Source: Candidatus Jacksonbacteria bacterium RIFOXYB2_FULL_44_15 (lineage in GTDB: Bacteria; Patescibacteriota; Patescibacteriia; UBA9629). Taken from it: a stretch of DNA of 64,000 bases. Made by a program: the position numbers and the translations under genes. The notes beneath the pieces are model-generated. The model had not been told where the DNA came from. It saw only the letters and a program-made list of their open reading frames with translations, and did no database searches. Positions 55,915-64,000 of this stretch are shown piece after piece. The DNA lies in the NCBI GenBank assembly GCA_001818235.1, contig MHJY01000010.1, positions 17,609 to 81,608 on the forward strand. Reading direction: 5' to 3'. Each line of letters opens with the position of its first letter. The first letter of the stretch is position 1.

Positions 55915-57162
55915 ATGAAAACAATTAATATCGGTCGAAGTGATTCTTTCGCCATCTTAACAAACAACATACCGGTTATCTTCCCTGGCCAGTTTCCAAA
56001 GGGCTACCAGAACAATGTAAGATGGTGGGGGAACATCAGCAAAGAGGAGTTACACTCTACTTTACCGGATGGAACGGCGCGATTGCTGACGATGGACCTA
56101 GATATTGGCGATACTTGCGGTCTTGCATGTCCGCATTGTTTCCGTCGGGATCCTAGGTTTGACTCTGTCAGTAAGGGAAACGCTTTAACCCACGAGGAAA
56201 TCGTGGCCTATGTTAAAGAGGCGAAAGCGCTCGGATTAAAACAAGTTAAAATCCTAGGTCGGGGCGAACCATTCCAAAATACGCGATTCCTTGAATTTTT
56301 GGAAACAATGACAGACATGGGTATCGGAGTGGCCGTGTTCAGTAAAGGACACGTGTTGGGTTGCGATGCGCTAGCGAGCAAATATAATAGTCATCGCGGA
56401 ATAAATTCCAGTTGGGAGCTAGTAAAACGCCTAAAAGATTTAAAAGTCAGTATTCTGCTGGGATTTAATTCTTTTGATCGCGACACCCAAAATGCCTTTA
56501 CCGGCGTTGACAAGTTCTCTGAAACCGCTTTGCTCAAAAACTATGTTGACTTTAGAGACCAAGCTTTAATCAACTTAGTTAAAGCGGGGTTTAACGAATA
56601 TATCCCCGGCGAAGCAACTAGACTAGCGATGATCGCGGCCCCGGTAAAGCCAGAGAATATAGACGAAATATTTGGTCTATATACTTGGGCGAGGGTAAGG
56701 AATATTTACATGCTCACCTGTCCAACCACTATCAGTGGTAAAGGGCTTGATGAATTAGAGCGCGAAAAACAGCATGCAGACTACGTTTCTCAGCTCGAGG
56801 ATCTGTGGGCGCAGATTTACATCTGGGCGATCCAAAAAAATCTCATCTCTAGAGAAGCTTTTCTAGAAGATGGGGTATCCCTGTATCCCGGATGCCATGT
56901 CTGTAATCAGACAGCGGCTGGATTCTACCTAAATTTACCTGGGCGGATCAACATGTGCCCCGGAAGAGTAGGCGGAACGACCATTTTTACCCGTGATATC
57001 GGCGAAGAAGCATCTTTAAAGGATGTCTGGGTACGATCTTCCAACTATCAGAGAGCCAAATACGGTAAGCGATACAATTACCATTGTGTCGCTCGTGACG
57101 GCTTCTCGTTGCCTCAAAATTTCTATAAAAATATTGAGGCAAAAGTAATGAAGAGCATTTAA
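55915..57162 (+). CDS. Radical SAM enzyme with Cys-rich C-terminus (SPASM/Twitch-like)
   Basis: CGLACPHC, GRGEPF; C-terminal CHVC..CPG..HC. Confidence 0.85.
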   Translation: MKTINIGRSDSFAILTNNIPVIFPGQFPKGYQNNVRWWGNISKEELHSTLPDGTARLLTMDLDIGDTCGLACPHCFRRDPRFDSVSKGNALTHEEIVAYVKEAKALGLKQVKILGRGEPFQNTRFLEFLETMTDMGIGVAVFSKGHVLGCDALASKYNSHRGINSSWELVKRLKDLKVSILLGFNSFDRDTQNAFTGVDKFSETALLKNYVDFRDQALINLVKAGFNEYIPGEATRLAMIAAPVKPENIDEIFGLYTWARVRNIYMLTCPTTISGKGLDELEREKQHADYVSQLEDLWAQIYIWAIQKNLISREAFLEDGVSLYPGCHVCNQTAAGFYLNLPGRINMCPGRVGGTTIFTRDIGEEASLKDVWVRSSNYQRAKYGKRYNYHCVARDGFSLPQNFYKNIEAKVMKSI

Positions 57163-57307
57163 AAATTGCTCAAAACCAAAAGCCGATCAAATATTGACGC
57201 ACTTAACTTGATCGGCTTCTTTTTTTCGTATTAATATCCGCAAGCTATCCCGCCTTCGTCCGTCGACAAGCTCGTGACTTCGGCGGGACAAGCGCTTGGG
57301 CTCCGCG

Positions 57308-57919
57308 TTACTTTTTAAGCACTATCATCCTCATTTTTTGCCCAAATTTTAATCTTTCTGCCGGATCGTCAAATGCGATTTCACTTGGTTCAAATTCTGC
57401 TGGATCAAAATCCTCATCTCCAACCCAGTCGACAACGTCCGCATATTCAGGATGTTTGGGATTTTTGAGAATATCTAATTTGTCATAGTATCCCCAAATG
57501 CCGCCGCTGTCTTCAAACGGACAAGCCATTTTACCGGCAATACAAACTGGGTATTTATTATTTTTAACTTTTAGCACTATTTTTTCTAAAATTACCAAGT
57601 GCTCCCAATTATCGCCGAAGTCGTAAGTATAGTTCATCTTTCCCAACTTTGGGAACCAACCTTTGATTTTTTCTTTCCAGCCAGCTAAAACTTCGGTCCA
57701 GTCATCATCAGTCGGGATGCCGATGTGTAGCTCTTTTCCTCTCGGACCTATGGTAGTAAATTCGTGCAAATGACTATCGCCCCAACCCATCGCTTCTTGA
57801 ATGGCCACGTGCAAGTCCCAGAAACTATAATTTTCCGGCACCTGAATTCTTCGCCAGATAGGCGGCTTGCAATCTTTCAGAGTGATCTTAAACTGATAAA
57901 TATTTTTATAATTTTTCAT
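57308..57919 (-). CDS. Plasmid pRiA4b ORF-3-family protein
   Basis: PPIWRRIQVP, LH..IQ.AMGW.DSHLHEF, YDFGDNWEH, CPFEDSGG. Confidence 0.9.
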   Translation of the reverse strand: MKNYKNIYQFKITLKDCKPPIWRRIQVPENYSFWDLHVAIQEAMGWGDSHLHEFTTIGPRGKELHIGIPTDDDWTEVLAGWKEKIKGWFPKLGKMNYTYDFGDNWEHLVILEKIVLKVKNNKYPVCIAGKMACPFEDSGGIWGYYDKLDILKNPKHPEYADVVDWVGDEDFDPAEFEPSEIAFDDPAERLKFGQKMRMIVLKK

Positions 57920-57937
57920 AGGTATCCATTTATAACT

Positions 57938-58225
57938 CTACCTTCTTAACTTATAGCCATTCACCTGCTCCAGTAAACTAATAGTCGCCTGCACCGATGA
58001 GTTGACAGTGTTAATCAACTTAACTCGATCGCCAAATCTCTTATATAGTGGAGTTATAAATTCATCGCCCCAGGATGGTGTAAAAGAAACGACACCGTCG
58101 AAGTCGATTAGAATCTCTTCATTGTCGGTAGCCGTAACCAAAGTTGGGTTAAAAGCCGCCAAAGCTTCCTTGCCATCTTGACGCGAAGTTAAAATCTCGC
58201 CAAATTTTTTAATGTATATATGCAT
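57938..58225 (-). CDS. STAS-like (DUF4325) protein
   Basis: LTSRQDG, IDFDGV..TPSW.DEF. Confidence 0.75.
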   Translation of the reverse strand: MHIYIKKFGEILTSRQDGKEALAAFNPTLVTATDNEEILIDFDGVVSFTPSWGDEFITPLYKRFGDRVKLINTVNSSVQATISLLEQVNGYKLRR

Positions 58226-58226
58226 A

Positions 58227-58949
58227 TTAAAATTTAATCAAAGCCAAACATCCTCGTAAATAAGTTTCCGAATTAATAATTTCAAGCGTTGCTTCATGTT
58301 CTTTCAGCCATAATTGCGCATTGCCGCTTTGAAAGAACAGCGACATTGGATTAGTAGTCACGACCTGTCGGACGAACTTTAATCCATTGCCGCGAGCCTC
58401 TGGCGACCGACCAGAAATAATTTCGGAAAAAGCCACCACTAACGCCTGTCTATCATTCTGCAATTCAGGCCTAATCCTTTTTAAAGTCTGCAATATTCCT
58501 TGGCCGCGATCAGCTAAAACAATATACCGCTTATTAATATCATAACCAAAAAAAGTTCCGAGGATATCCGGCCAGTTGCCTAAGTTATGATCAAACGAAT
58601 TATTGCCAATCTCGCCGGTAATCGCAACTATTAAAGGAACGACCTCGGCTAAAGCAGGTTGATTAGTAAGAGCGAGCGGCAATTTTGATAGTCGCGCTTT
58701 AAATATCATGCTGTCTGGACAATAATATTCTGACACTGGATCAACTGGATTATCTAGCATCCATTTCCAGGCAACTTTAAAAAGTGGACATAATAAAAAA
58801 TCAATATCTATGCGCCGATAATGTCGATGAGCACGTTGCCCTGATCTAATTGCTGATAAATGGCCGCTTTGATCCCAGCGGCGTAATGTTTGGACGCTTA
58901 CACCAAGAGCTTGCGCTGCTTGGCTGATTGTTAATGTACTTTTAGACAC
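58227..58949 (-). CDS. MerR-type HTH fused to an HATPase-like domain
   Basis: AAQALGVSVQTLRRWD..HRHY; EIGNNSFDH, DRGQGI, RGNGL. Confidence 0.8.
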   Translation of the reverse strand: MSKSTLTISQAAQALGVSVQTLRRWDQSGHLSAIRSGQRAHRHYRRIDIDFLLCPLFKVAWKWMLDNPVDPVSEYYCPDSMIFKARLSKLPLALTNQPALAEVVPLIVAITGEIGNNSFDHNLGNWPDILGTFFGYDINKRYIVLADRGQGILQTLKRIRPELQNDRQALVVAFSEIISGRSPEARGNGLKFVRQVVTTNPMSLFFQSGNAQLWLKEHEATLEIINSETYLRGCLALIKF

Positions 58950-59072
58950 ATGTAAACCTATACAAACTTATCTTAAATTTAATGTAAATGTATAGTTTGT
59001 TAGTCAAATCTATACAAATTATAGCAAAAAGTGACAATTTATGCAAGCTTTCCCTCCACTTCGGTGGGCAGG

Positions 59073-59708
59073 CTACGTCCTTTTCCGCGATGGCAAGAAG
59101 AAAGCGGCAATAATCAATAGCCCGATAAAAATAAAGGCCAGGGGCAGGGGATTGATGATTTTGATAAGCTGGGTCGGAATCCATGCCCAGAGCACTGCCC
59201 CGATGGCAGTTCTGATTAAGGTGATAATTATATAATCAGATATTTTGATCTTGGTTAGCCCAAAAGCATAATTTGCCACGTCCAAGGGAATAATTGTGCG
59301 TAGCAATAACAACCGCCAGAAAGTACTCGGTTGATTAAGAACATATTTACCAATCAAACGATCGACAGTCTCGAGATTTACAAATTTTTTTATCCAATCC
59401 CGTCCATAATGATGGCTGATGTAAAAAACAATTCCGGCGCTTATATTCCAAGCGATAAAAAAATAAGTCGCCAAAGCCACCGGGCTCCAAACATAAGAGG
59501 CAAACGGCACCAAGGGCAAGGCGGAAAAAGGCGCCACCACCGTGGCAAAAATTACGTAAATGATAAATACTGCCGGCCCTAAAATTGTGTGCTGGTTAAT
59601 AAAGTAACGAAAATCTTCCAACGGCAACTCTAATCCGGCTAAAAATCCATACCCGACTGCCAAACAGGTTAAGATCACCAACAAAATAAATAATCTCTTT
59701 TTACTCAT
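59073..59708 (-). CDS. TVP38/TMEM64 (VTT/DedA-like) membrane protein
   Basis: Multi-TM; YGR, LLR..IP.DV.NY.FGLT. Confidence 0.85.
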   Translation of the reverse strand: MSKKRLFILLVILTCLAVGYGFLAGLELPLEDFRYFINQHTILGPAVFIIYVIFATVVAPFSALPLVPFASYVWSPVALATYFFIAWNISAGIVFYISHHYGRDWIKKFVNLETVDRLIGKYVLNQPSTFWRLLLLRTIIPLDVANYAFGLTKIKISDYIIITLIRTAIGAVLWAWIPTQLIKIINPLPLAFIFIGLLIIAAFFLPSRKRT

Positions 59709-60433
59709 AGTTTATCCCATAACAATTTAAATTTTTGGCGCTCCATTTGGGCTAAATCCGAGCTTTGAATCACTACGCCGATTAATTCTTTTTCCGAGGA
59801 CAGGCAGGCGATTTTGTCCTGAAAAATAAACATTGAACTGGAGAAAAAATATTCTTGCGGCAGGTATTTGATTGTACGCAAAAACTTGGCTTCGTCTTGC
59901 TTTAATTTATTCGCACCCAGATCAGCGAAAACTAAAGCTGTGAATTTAATATTCTTTTCCATTCTCGCCGGAATGTAGTGGTTATAATCATATTCTGGAG
60001 TAACGATTTTGTAAATATCAACAATCGAGCCAAGGTATAGAATCTCGCTATTTTTGACCTCGAGCGTTTGCTCGACAATTGAAAGGCAGCCTTCTTTGCC
60101 CAGATAAAACCGAACTTCCGGCCGTTTTTCTTCTTTGCCTTTGATTAGCGCCGACAGCTGGGGCATAATTTGGAGTAACGCTTCTTGCCGTTCTTTTAAA
60201 AGCGACTGCAACCGCTCCGGCTCTTCGGCGATAAACTTTTTTGATTCTTTTGATTGATAATAACTTACGAGACCTTTCTGCATCAAAGACTCGAGGATTA
60301 CATAAACCGTGGTGCGTTTTATTTTTGATTTTTTGGCGATCTCCGGAATCTTGGCCGAGCCCAACTCCAAAGAAGCCAGATATACACGGGCTTCTTTTTC
60401 GGTTAAGCCAAGTTTTTGAAGAGTGGAGAGCAT
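59705..60433 (-). CDS. TrmB-family transcriptional regulator
   Basis: LQKLGLTEKEARVYLASLELG, KRTTVYVIL, PEVRFYLG, IFQDKI. Confidence 0.88.
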   Translation of the reverse strand: MLSTLQKLGLTEKEARVYLASLELGSAKIPEIAKKSKIKRTTVYVILESLMQKGLVSYYQSKESKKFIAEEPERLQSLLKERQEALLQIMPQLSALIKGKEEKRPEVRFYLGKEGCLSIVEQTLEVKNSEILYLGSIVDIYKIVTPEYDYNHYIPARMEKNIKFTALVFADLGANKLKQDEAKFLRTIKYLPQEYFFSSSMFIFQDKIACLSSEKELIGVVIQSSDLAQMERQKFKLLWDKL

Positions 60434-60472
60434 GGGTGGTTGGTTAGACTATGACATGATAGCCGATGGAAT

Positions 60473-60566
60473 TGTCATTCCGAGCGGACCCCGAGCAGGG
60501 GCGAGGGGGGAGTCGAGGAATCTCTCTGGATTAAGCAAGGGATCCCTCGGCAAGCTCGGGATGACA
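60473..60566. repeat. REP-like full element with nested insert
   Basis: TGTCATTCCGAGC...GCTCGGGATGACA. Confidence 0.8.
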
Positions 60567-60691
60567 AATTGACGTTTTTTGCTTATATACAGACTGGCCA
60601 TTTTTTACAAATCTGTCGATAATTTTGTCAACTTGATTTTATTATATACTAAAGTAAAACAGCTGTCAAACTTTGCTATTTGCCAAAAGTA

Positions 60692-60757
60692 TTGACAAAT
60701 ATCTCAATCAATGTTATAATGATTTTATTAATAATAAATGACATTGCTCTTTGAAAA
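60692..60757 (+). promoter_or_regulatory. Sigma70 promoter plus boxA-like TGCTCTTTGAAAA
   Basis: TTGACA-17 nt-TATAAT (60692-60720); TGCTCTTTGAAAA at about 60745-60757. Confidence 0.7.
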
Positions 60758-60784
60758 AAATCTTATAAATATAGGAGAAAAATA

Positions 60785-62023
60785 ATGAGTAACGAATACA
60801 TCGTCAATATAGAGTTGCCCGGAATTCAGACAGAAATTAAAGAAGCTCGAAAAATATTTAGCGACTTCTACGAAAAATATTGTACTACGTTTGACCTGGC
60901 TGATGAAGCCAAAATCAAAATGGTGTACAAAGCCGCACAAATCATGGGCATTTTCGCAAGGGCAAAAGCAATTCGCCAACTCTTGTTTGGCCGCAACATA
61001 TCGCTGTATGGAGTGTGTTACTTAGGAACTAAATGCAATCAAAACTGCAAATTCTGTCCAATGGGGCAGGCCAACTGGAAAATGCACCTACATGGCAAAA
61101 CTTCAAGCGATAGGCTGATTACGCTATCGTTAGAAGAGGCGTCGGCTGATCTTGATGCCCTAGTTCAAATAGGACATCGCGAAATCTGCATTTTAGCCGG
61201 AGAAGCGATCGCTTGCGATCCCGGCAAAGTCGTCGAATACGCCCAACTCGCGGTCTATAAACCAGGCGTTCATGAAGTAATCCTGAATATGGGAGCGTAC
61301 ACGCAACGTACTTTCGAATTCATCAAAGAAACCATTGTGCTCCCAGCTGGAGTCAAACTCCAGCATCGCGTGTTTCAGGAGACATATGTCAAAACAGAGT
61401 ATGACTACTACATGGAGCGTGCCCCTCGCGAGCACGGTAGTAAAGCAGACTTTGACTTCCGCTACAATTCCCAAGTGGCTGCTCTCAAAGCTGGGTTCGA
61501 TGAAGTCGGTATCGGAGTCCTGTTTGGTCTAAGCCGCTATCCTTTAAAAGAAATAAAAGGTCTGCAACAGCACGCGGCTTATATCAAAAAGTATGGCGGA
61601 AAGTATCCTAAAAGATGCTGTCTGCCAATAGCTAACAATCCTGAACCGGATACAAATCCAGTTGATGTTAAATACCTAATCCCAGGTATGTCAACCGAAC
61701 AGATGATAACTGAGCTAATCTACGCTCTAGCCAGATTGGCCATGCCAACTGTTTCGACAGTCTCATCAGAGCGCGATAATCCAGGTACCCTGGAGCTTCT
61801 GGATCAATACGCGAACCACACCACCTTGTTTGTTCATCCGGCTCCAGGGGGGAACATTAAATCATTGGACGAACTCCATGGTGAAACATTCAGTCATGGC
61901 TACAAACCAGTAGCCCAAGCAGAAGTATTCCCACGCTACCCAAGGGAGGCGATCAAAAGCTGGCAGAAACGGGGATACAATATTCTGGGTTTTAACATTA
62001 CAAAGTATGACCTTTGCCCGTAA
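60785..62023 (+). CDS. ThiH/HydG/NosL-like (BATS-type) radical SAM enzyme
   Basis: CNQNCKFC, AGE, FQETY, GVLFGL, SERD; AGGAG RBS. Confidence 0.8.
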   Translation: MSNEYIVNIELPGIQTEIKEARKIFSDFYEKYCTTFDLADEAKIKMVYKAAQIMGIFARAKAIRQLLFGRNISLYGVCYLGTKCNQNCKFCPMGQANWKMHLHGKTSSDRLITLSLEEASADLDALVQIGHREICILAGEAIACDPGKVVEYAQLAVYKPGVHEVILNMGAYTQRTFEFIKETIVLPAGVKLQHRVFQETYVKTEYDYYMERAPREHGSKADFDFRYNSQVAALKAGFDEVGIGVLFGLSRYPLKEIKGLQQHAAYIKKYGGKYPKRCCLPIANNPEPDTNPVDVKYLIPGMSTEQMITELIYALARLAMPTVSTVSSERDNPGTLELLDQYANHTTLFVHPAPGGNIKSLDELHGETFSHGYKPVAQAEVFPRYPREAIKSWQKRGYNILGFNITKYDLCP

Positions 62024-62069
62024 ATTATGACGGCCCAGGTCGCATTAAGCTGTTAAAGGAGAGTAAAAA

Positions 62070-62600
62070 ATGAGAAAAATTATTACTGAACTAATAAAGT
62101 TAATAGCGAAGTACAATTCGACAATTCCTGCAATGCTAAAAGAGGAGCGGAAGTACCTTATCCAAAAGGTGAACGAAATTGTAGACGACAATTCCCTGGC
62201 AGATGATCTGCGGGCAGAAATTGTTAAAGAAATCCTAGATGATCCAGAAGTTGGGTTTATTGATCTCAGACTCCCTGGCGGATATGCTAGGGAATATTCC
62301 GACGAAATACTAAAGAAAAATTATTCGTCGAAGTCTGGAATACACTCTTGTACAGCACGAGAAGTATTTGAGCAAATCGATACAATTTTGCAACAAGAAG
62401 GGTTTGACATTGGCTATGTTAGTAAGTTATTTACGACTGAACATGGTGAAGGAAAATTCCCCTTTGTCAGGTACGAAGATCTCGAAAAAGCGCAAGAAGC
62501 GCGAATTGCGCTCTATAAAATAACTCTGCATATTTATCCTCTTTTGCGCGCGAAAGGATTGACTAAAGATGACCTGATGCCAAATTTCTTTTTTGAATAA
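62070..62600 (+). CDS. Hypothetical protein in the radical SAM operon
   Basis: 176-aa ORF with AAGGAG RBS; no recognisable motif. Confidence 0.7.
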   Translation: MRKIITELIKLIAKYNSTIPAMLKEERKYLIQKVNEIVDDNSLADDLRAEIVKEILDDPEVGFIDLRLPGGYAREYSDEILKKNYSSKSGIHSCTAREVFEQIDTILQQEGFDIGYVSKLFTTEHGEGKFPFVRYEDLEKAQEARIALYKITLHIYPLLRAKGLTKDDLMPNFFFE

Positions 62601-62692
62601 CACAAACTAGCACTAAACCAAAAGCCAGCGGCAAACTATTGTTACCACTGGCTTCTTACTTTTATCGACAAGACAGACAAGGAGGAAAACGC

Positions 62693-62965
62693 ATGCTTGT
62701 AAACGCAACGTACTTAACTTTGAGCTTTGTTTTAGTGGCACTTGACATACTGTTGCTTATCAAAATAACCAAACCGGCTATCCGCATCGGAACGATTATT
62801 GGAATCAGTGGAACTGGTATTTATTTACTTATTTATGGATTGCTCGGAATTGTTCAAGACCCGTCAATTAATTTTGCGAATTGGGGTATGTCCATACTAA
62901 AAATGACCCTAGCGATCCATATTGTTGCTACTTTGTTAGCGCTTATAACTTGGAGGGTAAAATAA
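62693..62965 (+). CDS. Small three-TM membrane protein
   Basis: AGGAGG RBS before ATG 62693; three hydrophobic segments; TAATG-coupled to the next gene. Confidence 0.65.
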   Translation: MLVNATYLTLSFVLVALDILLLIKITKPAIRIGTIIGISGTGIYLLIYGLLGIVQDPSINFANWGMSILKMTLAIHIVATLLALITWRVK

Positions 62966-64000
62966 TGAAAGTTGTATTAATGCAACCAAACGCAGACGAA
63001 ATTTACCAAAACAGACAATCGGCTTATTGTTCGCCCATAAGACCGCCGGAAACTGGTTTAGCAGTACTGGCGACTTGGCTGCACGCTTATTCTAAAATGC
63101 AACCAGAAGTAGCGGTTCTAAATCCATATGCTGAATTCGAAGAAAATGTGCGACGAGCGGCTGATGCAGATTGGTTCGGGATGACTGATTTGTATACTAA
63201 CCATAATAATTGTCTGCACATTGCGGATGCAGTGAAACAAAAAAATCCGCAAGTCAAAATAATCCTTGGCGGCCCTAATGCGGCAATGCTAGGGGATTTG
63301 GTACTCCGAAATCGCCCGGTAATCGACTACGTTGTTGGTAGTTCAAGATGTTGGGATGGTGAAGATGCCTTAACTGGGTTAATTAACGAAACACCCGAGG
63401 CTAAAATTCCTAATCTCTGGTACAAAAAAGCAGGTAAGGCAATTTTCACTTACCCTGCCTGGACTGACCTCAAGTCAATGCCCTTATGGGACTTTGCCGA
63501 TTTTCTTGATCTTGATGTTCGACTAGCAGAACACATCAATAATCAGGCTGGCGATCCTTGGCAGGTATCACCATTGGCCTTGTTCAACTTACGAGGATGT
63601 ATCAAAGCCATCAAAGAAGGACCATGTACGTATTGCACATCTGCTGACTGCGGCGGAAAGGGGAGATTACTGTTACCAGATCAATTTTGGCAACAAGTAA
63701 CACATCTTAATCAATTATATGGGGCTAAAGTATTTTATGTAGCTGATGATATCTTTACTGTATCGCTCGCTACTATGGAACGTTTAGCACGAGCCAAACC
63801 TAGCAAAGATGATGTGAAGTTAAGAGCCTACGGCTTTTTACCTGATTTAATCAAGCTAGAGAATAAAAAATTAAAAAGAATGGCTACAGCATTAAAAAAA
63901 ATTGGTGTCTTTAACCTTTTCTATGGTTCAGAACATTATGCGCCGGCTATTGTCCGTCTGGCCAACAAGCAACCGGTAAGCATTCAGGAGACAGTACGGA
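62965..64000 (+). CDS. B12-binding radical SAM enzyme (runs off the window; not in the ORF track)
   Basis: MKVVLMQP..PPETGLAVLA..VKQKNPQVKIILGGPNA..DGE; RGCIKAIKEGPCTYC; ADDIFT; GSE. Confidence 0.85.
   Translation, partial: MKVVLMQPNADEIYQNRQSAYCSPIRPPETGLAVLATWLHAYSKMQPEVAVLNPYAEFEENVRRAADADWFGMTDLYTNHNNCLHIADAVKQKNPQVKIILGGPNAAMLGDLVLRNRPVIDYVVGSSRCWDGEDALTGLINETPEAKIPNLWYKKAGKAIFTYPAWTDLKSMPLWDFADFLDLDVRLAEHINNQAGDPWQVSPLALFNLRGCIKAIKEGPCTYCTSADCGGKGRLLLPDQFWQQVTHLNQLYGAKVFYVADDIFTVSLATMERLARAKPSKDDVKLRAYGFLPDLIKLENKKLKRMATALKKIGVFNLFYGSEHYAPAIVRLANKQPVSIQETVR

Noticed and set aside
1685-61532. Numerous short antisense or nested ORFs in the track (e.g. 8941-9522, 16265-16651, 33658-34029, 38463-38840)
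   Set aside because: They are shadows of well-supported genes on the opposite strand or in another frame, with no independent signals
60785-62023. Naming this gene thiH or hydG
   Set aside because: Only family-level similarity; partner genes and the HydG C-terminal cluster motif are not evident
1-64000. CRISPR array
   Set aside because: No regularly spaced 25-45 nt direct repeats with unique spacers and no cas genes
44982-64000. Prophage or integrative element at tRNA-Gln or tRNA-Val
   Set aside because: No integrase, no phage structural genes, and no duplicated tRNA 3' end seen

Overview
A 64-kb chromosomal segment (standard genetic code) that looks like a Patescibacteria/CPR (Parcubacteria-like) genome. 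This is inferred from the gene repertoire, compact spacing, expanded TrmB-type regulators and many leaderless genes. The core backbone contains rpmF-nusB-rnc-pilB/gspE-nnrD, hup-ymdB-rny, murE, ddl, alr, a membrane-anchored Clp ATPase, ruvB, glpX-pgk, efp-rpsR-ssb-rpsF, nfo, tRNA-Gln(CTG), a pseudouridine synthase and tRNA-Val(CAC). Accessory content includes three TA loci (one with a decayed toxin), a primase-helicase/DUF1917/Fic island after tRNA-Gln, and a regulator-enzyme island after tRNA-Val. The most striking unexplained signals are four. (1) One architecture recurs four times: a TrmB-like regulator divergent from an atypical enzyme (HemN-like, LysA-like lacking its PLP lysine, SPASM-like, and a ThiH/HydG-like plus B12 radical-SAM operon). 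(2) Two adjacent, promoter- and terminator-delimited, highly structured 420-480 nt non-coding RNAs at 30.8-31.9 kb share a core architecture and are separated by DnaA boxes. (3) Further structured non-coding regions lie at 0.14-0.51 kb and upstream of rny. (4) Palindromic elements and heptamer microsatellites are inserted in frame into essential proteins. All calls come from reading the sequence by eye; no database searches were run.
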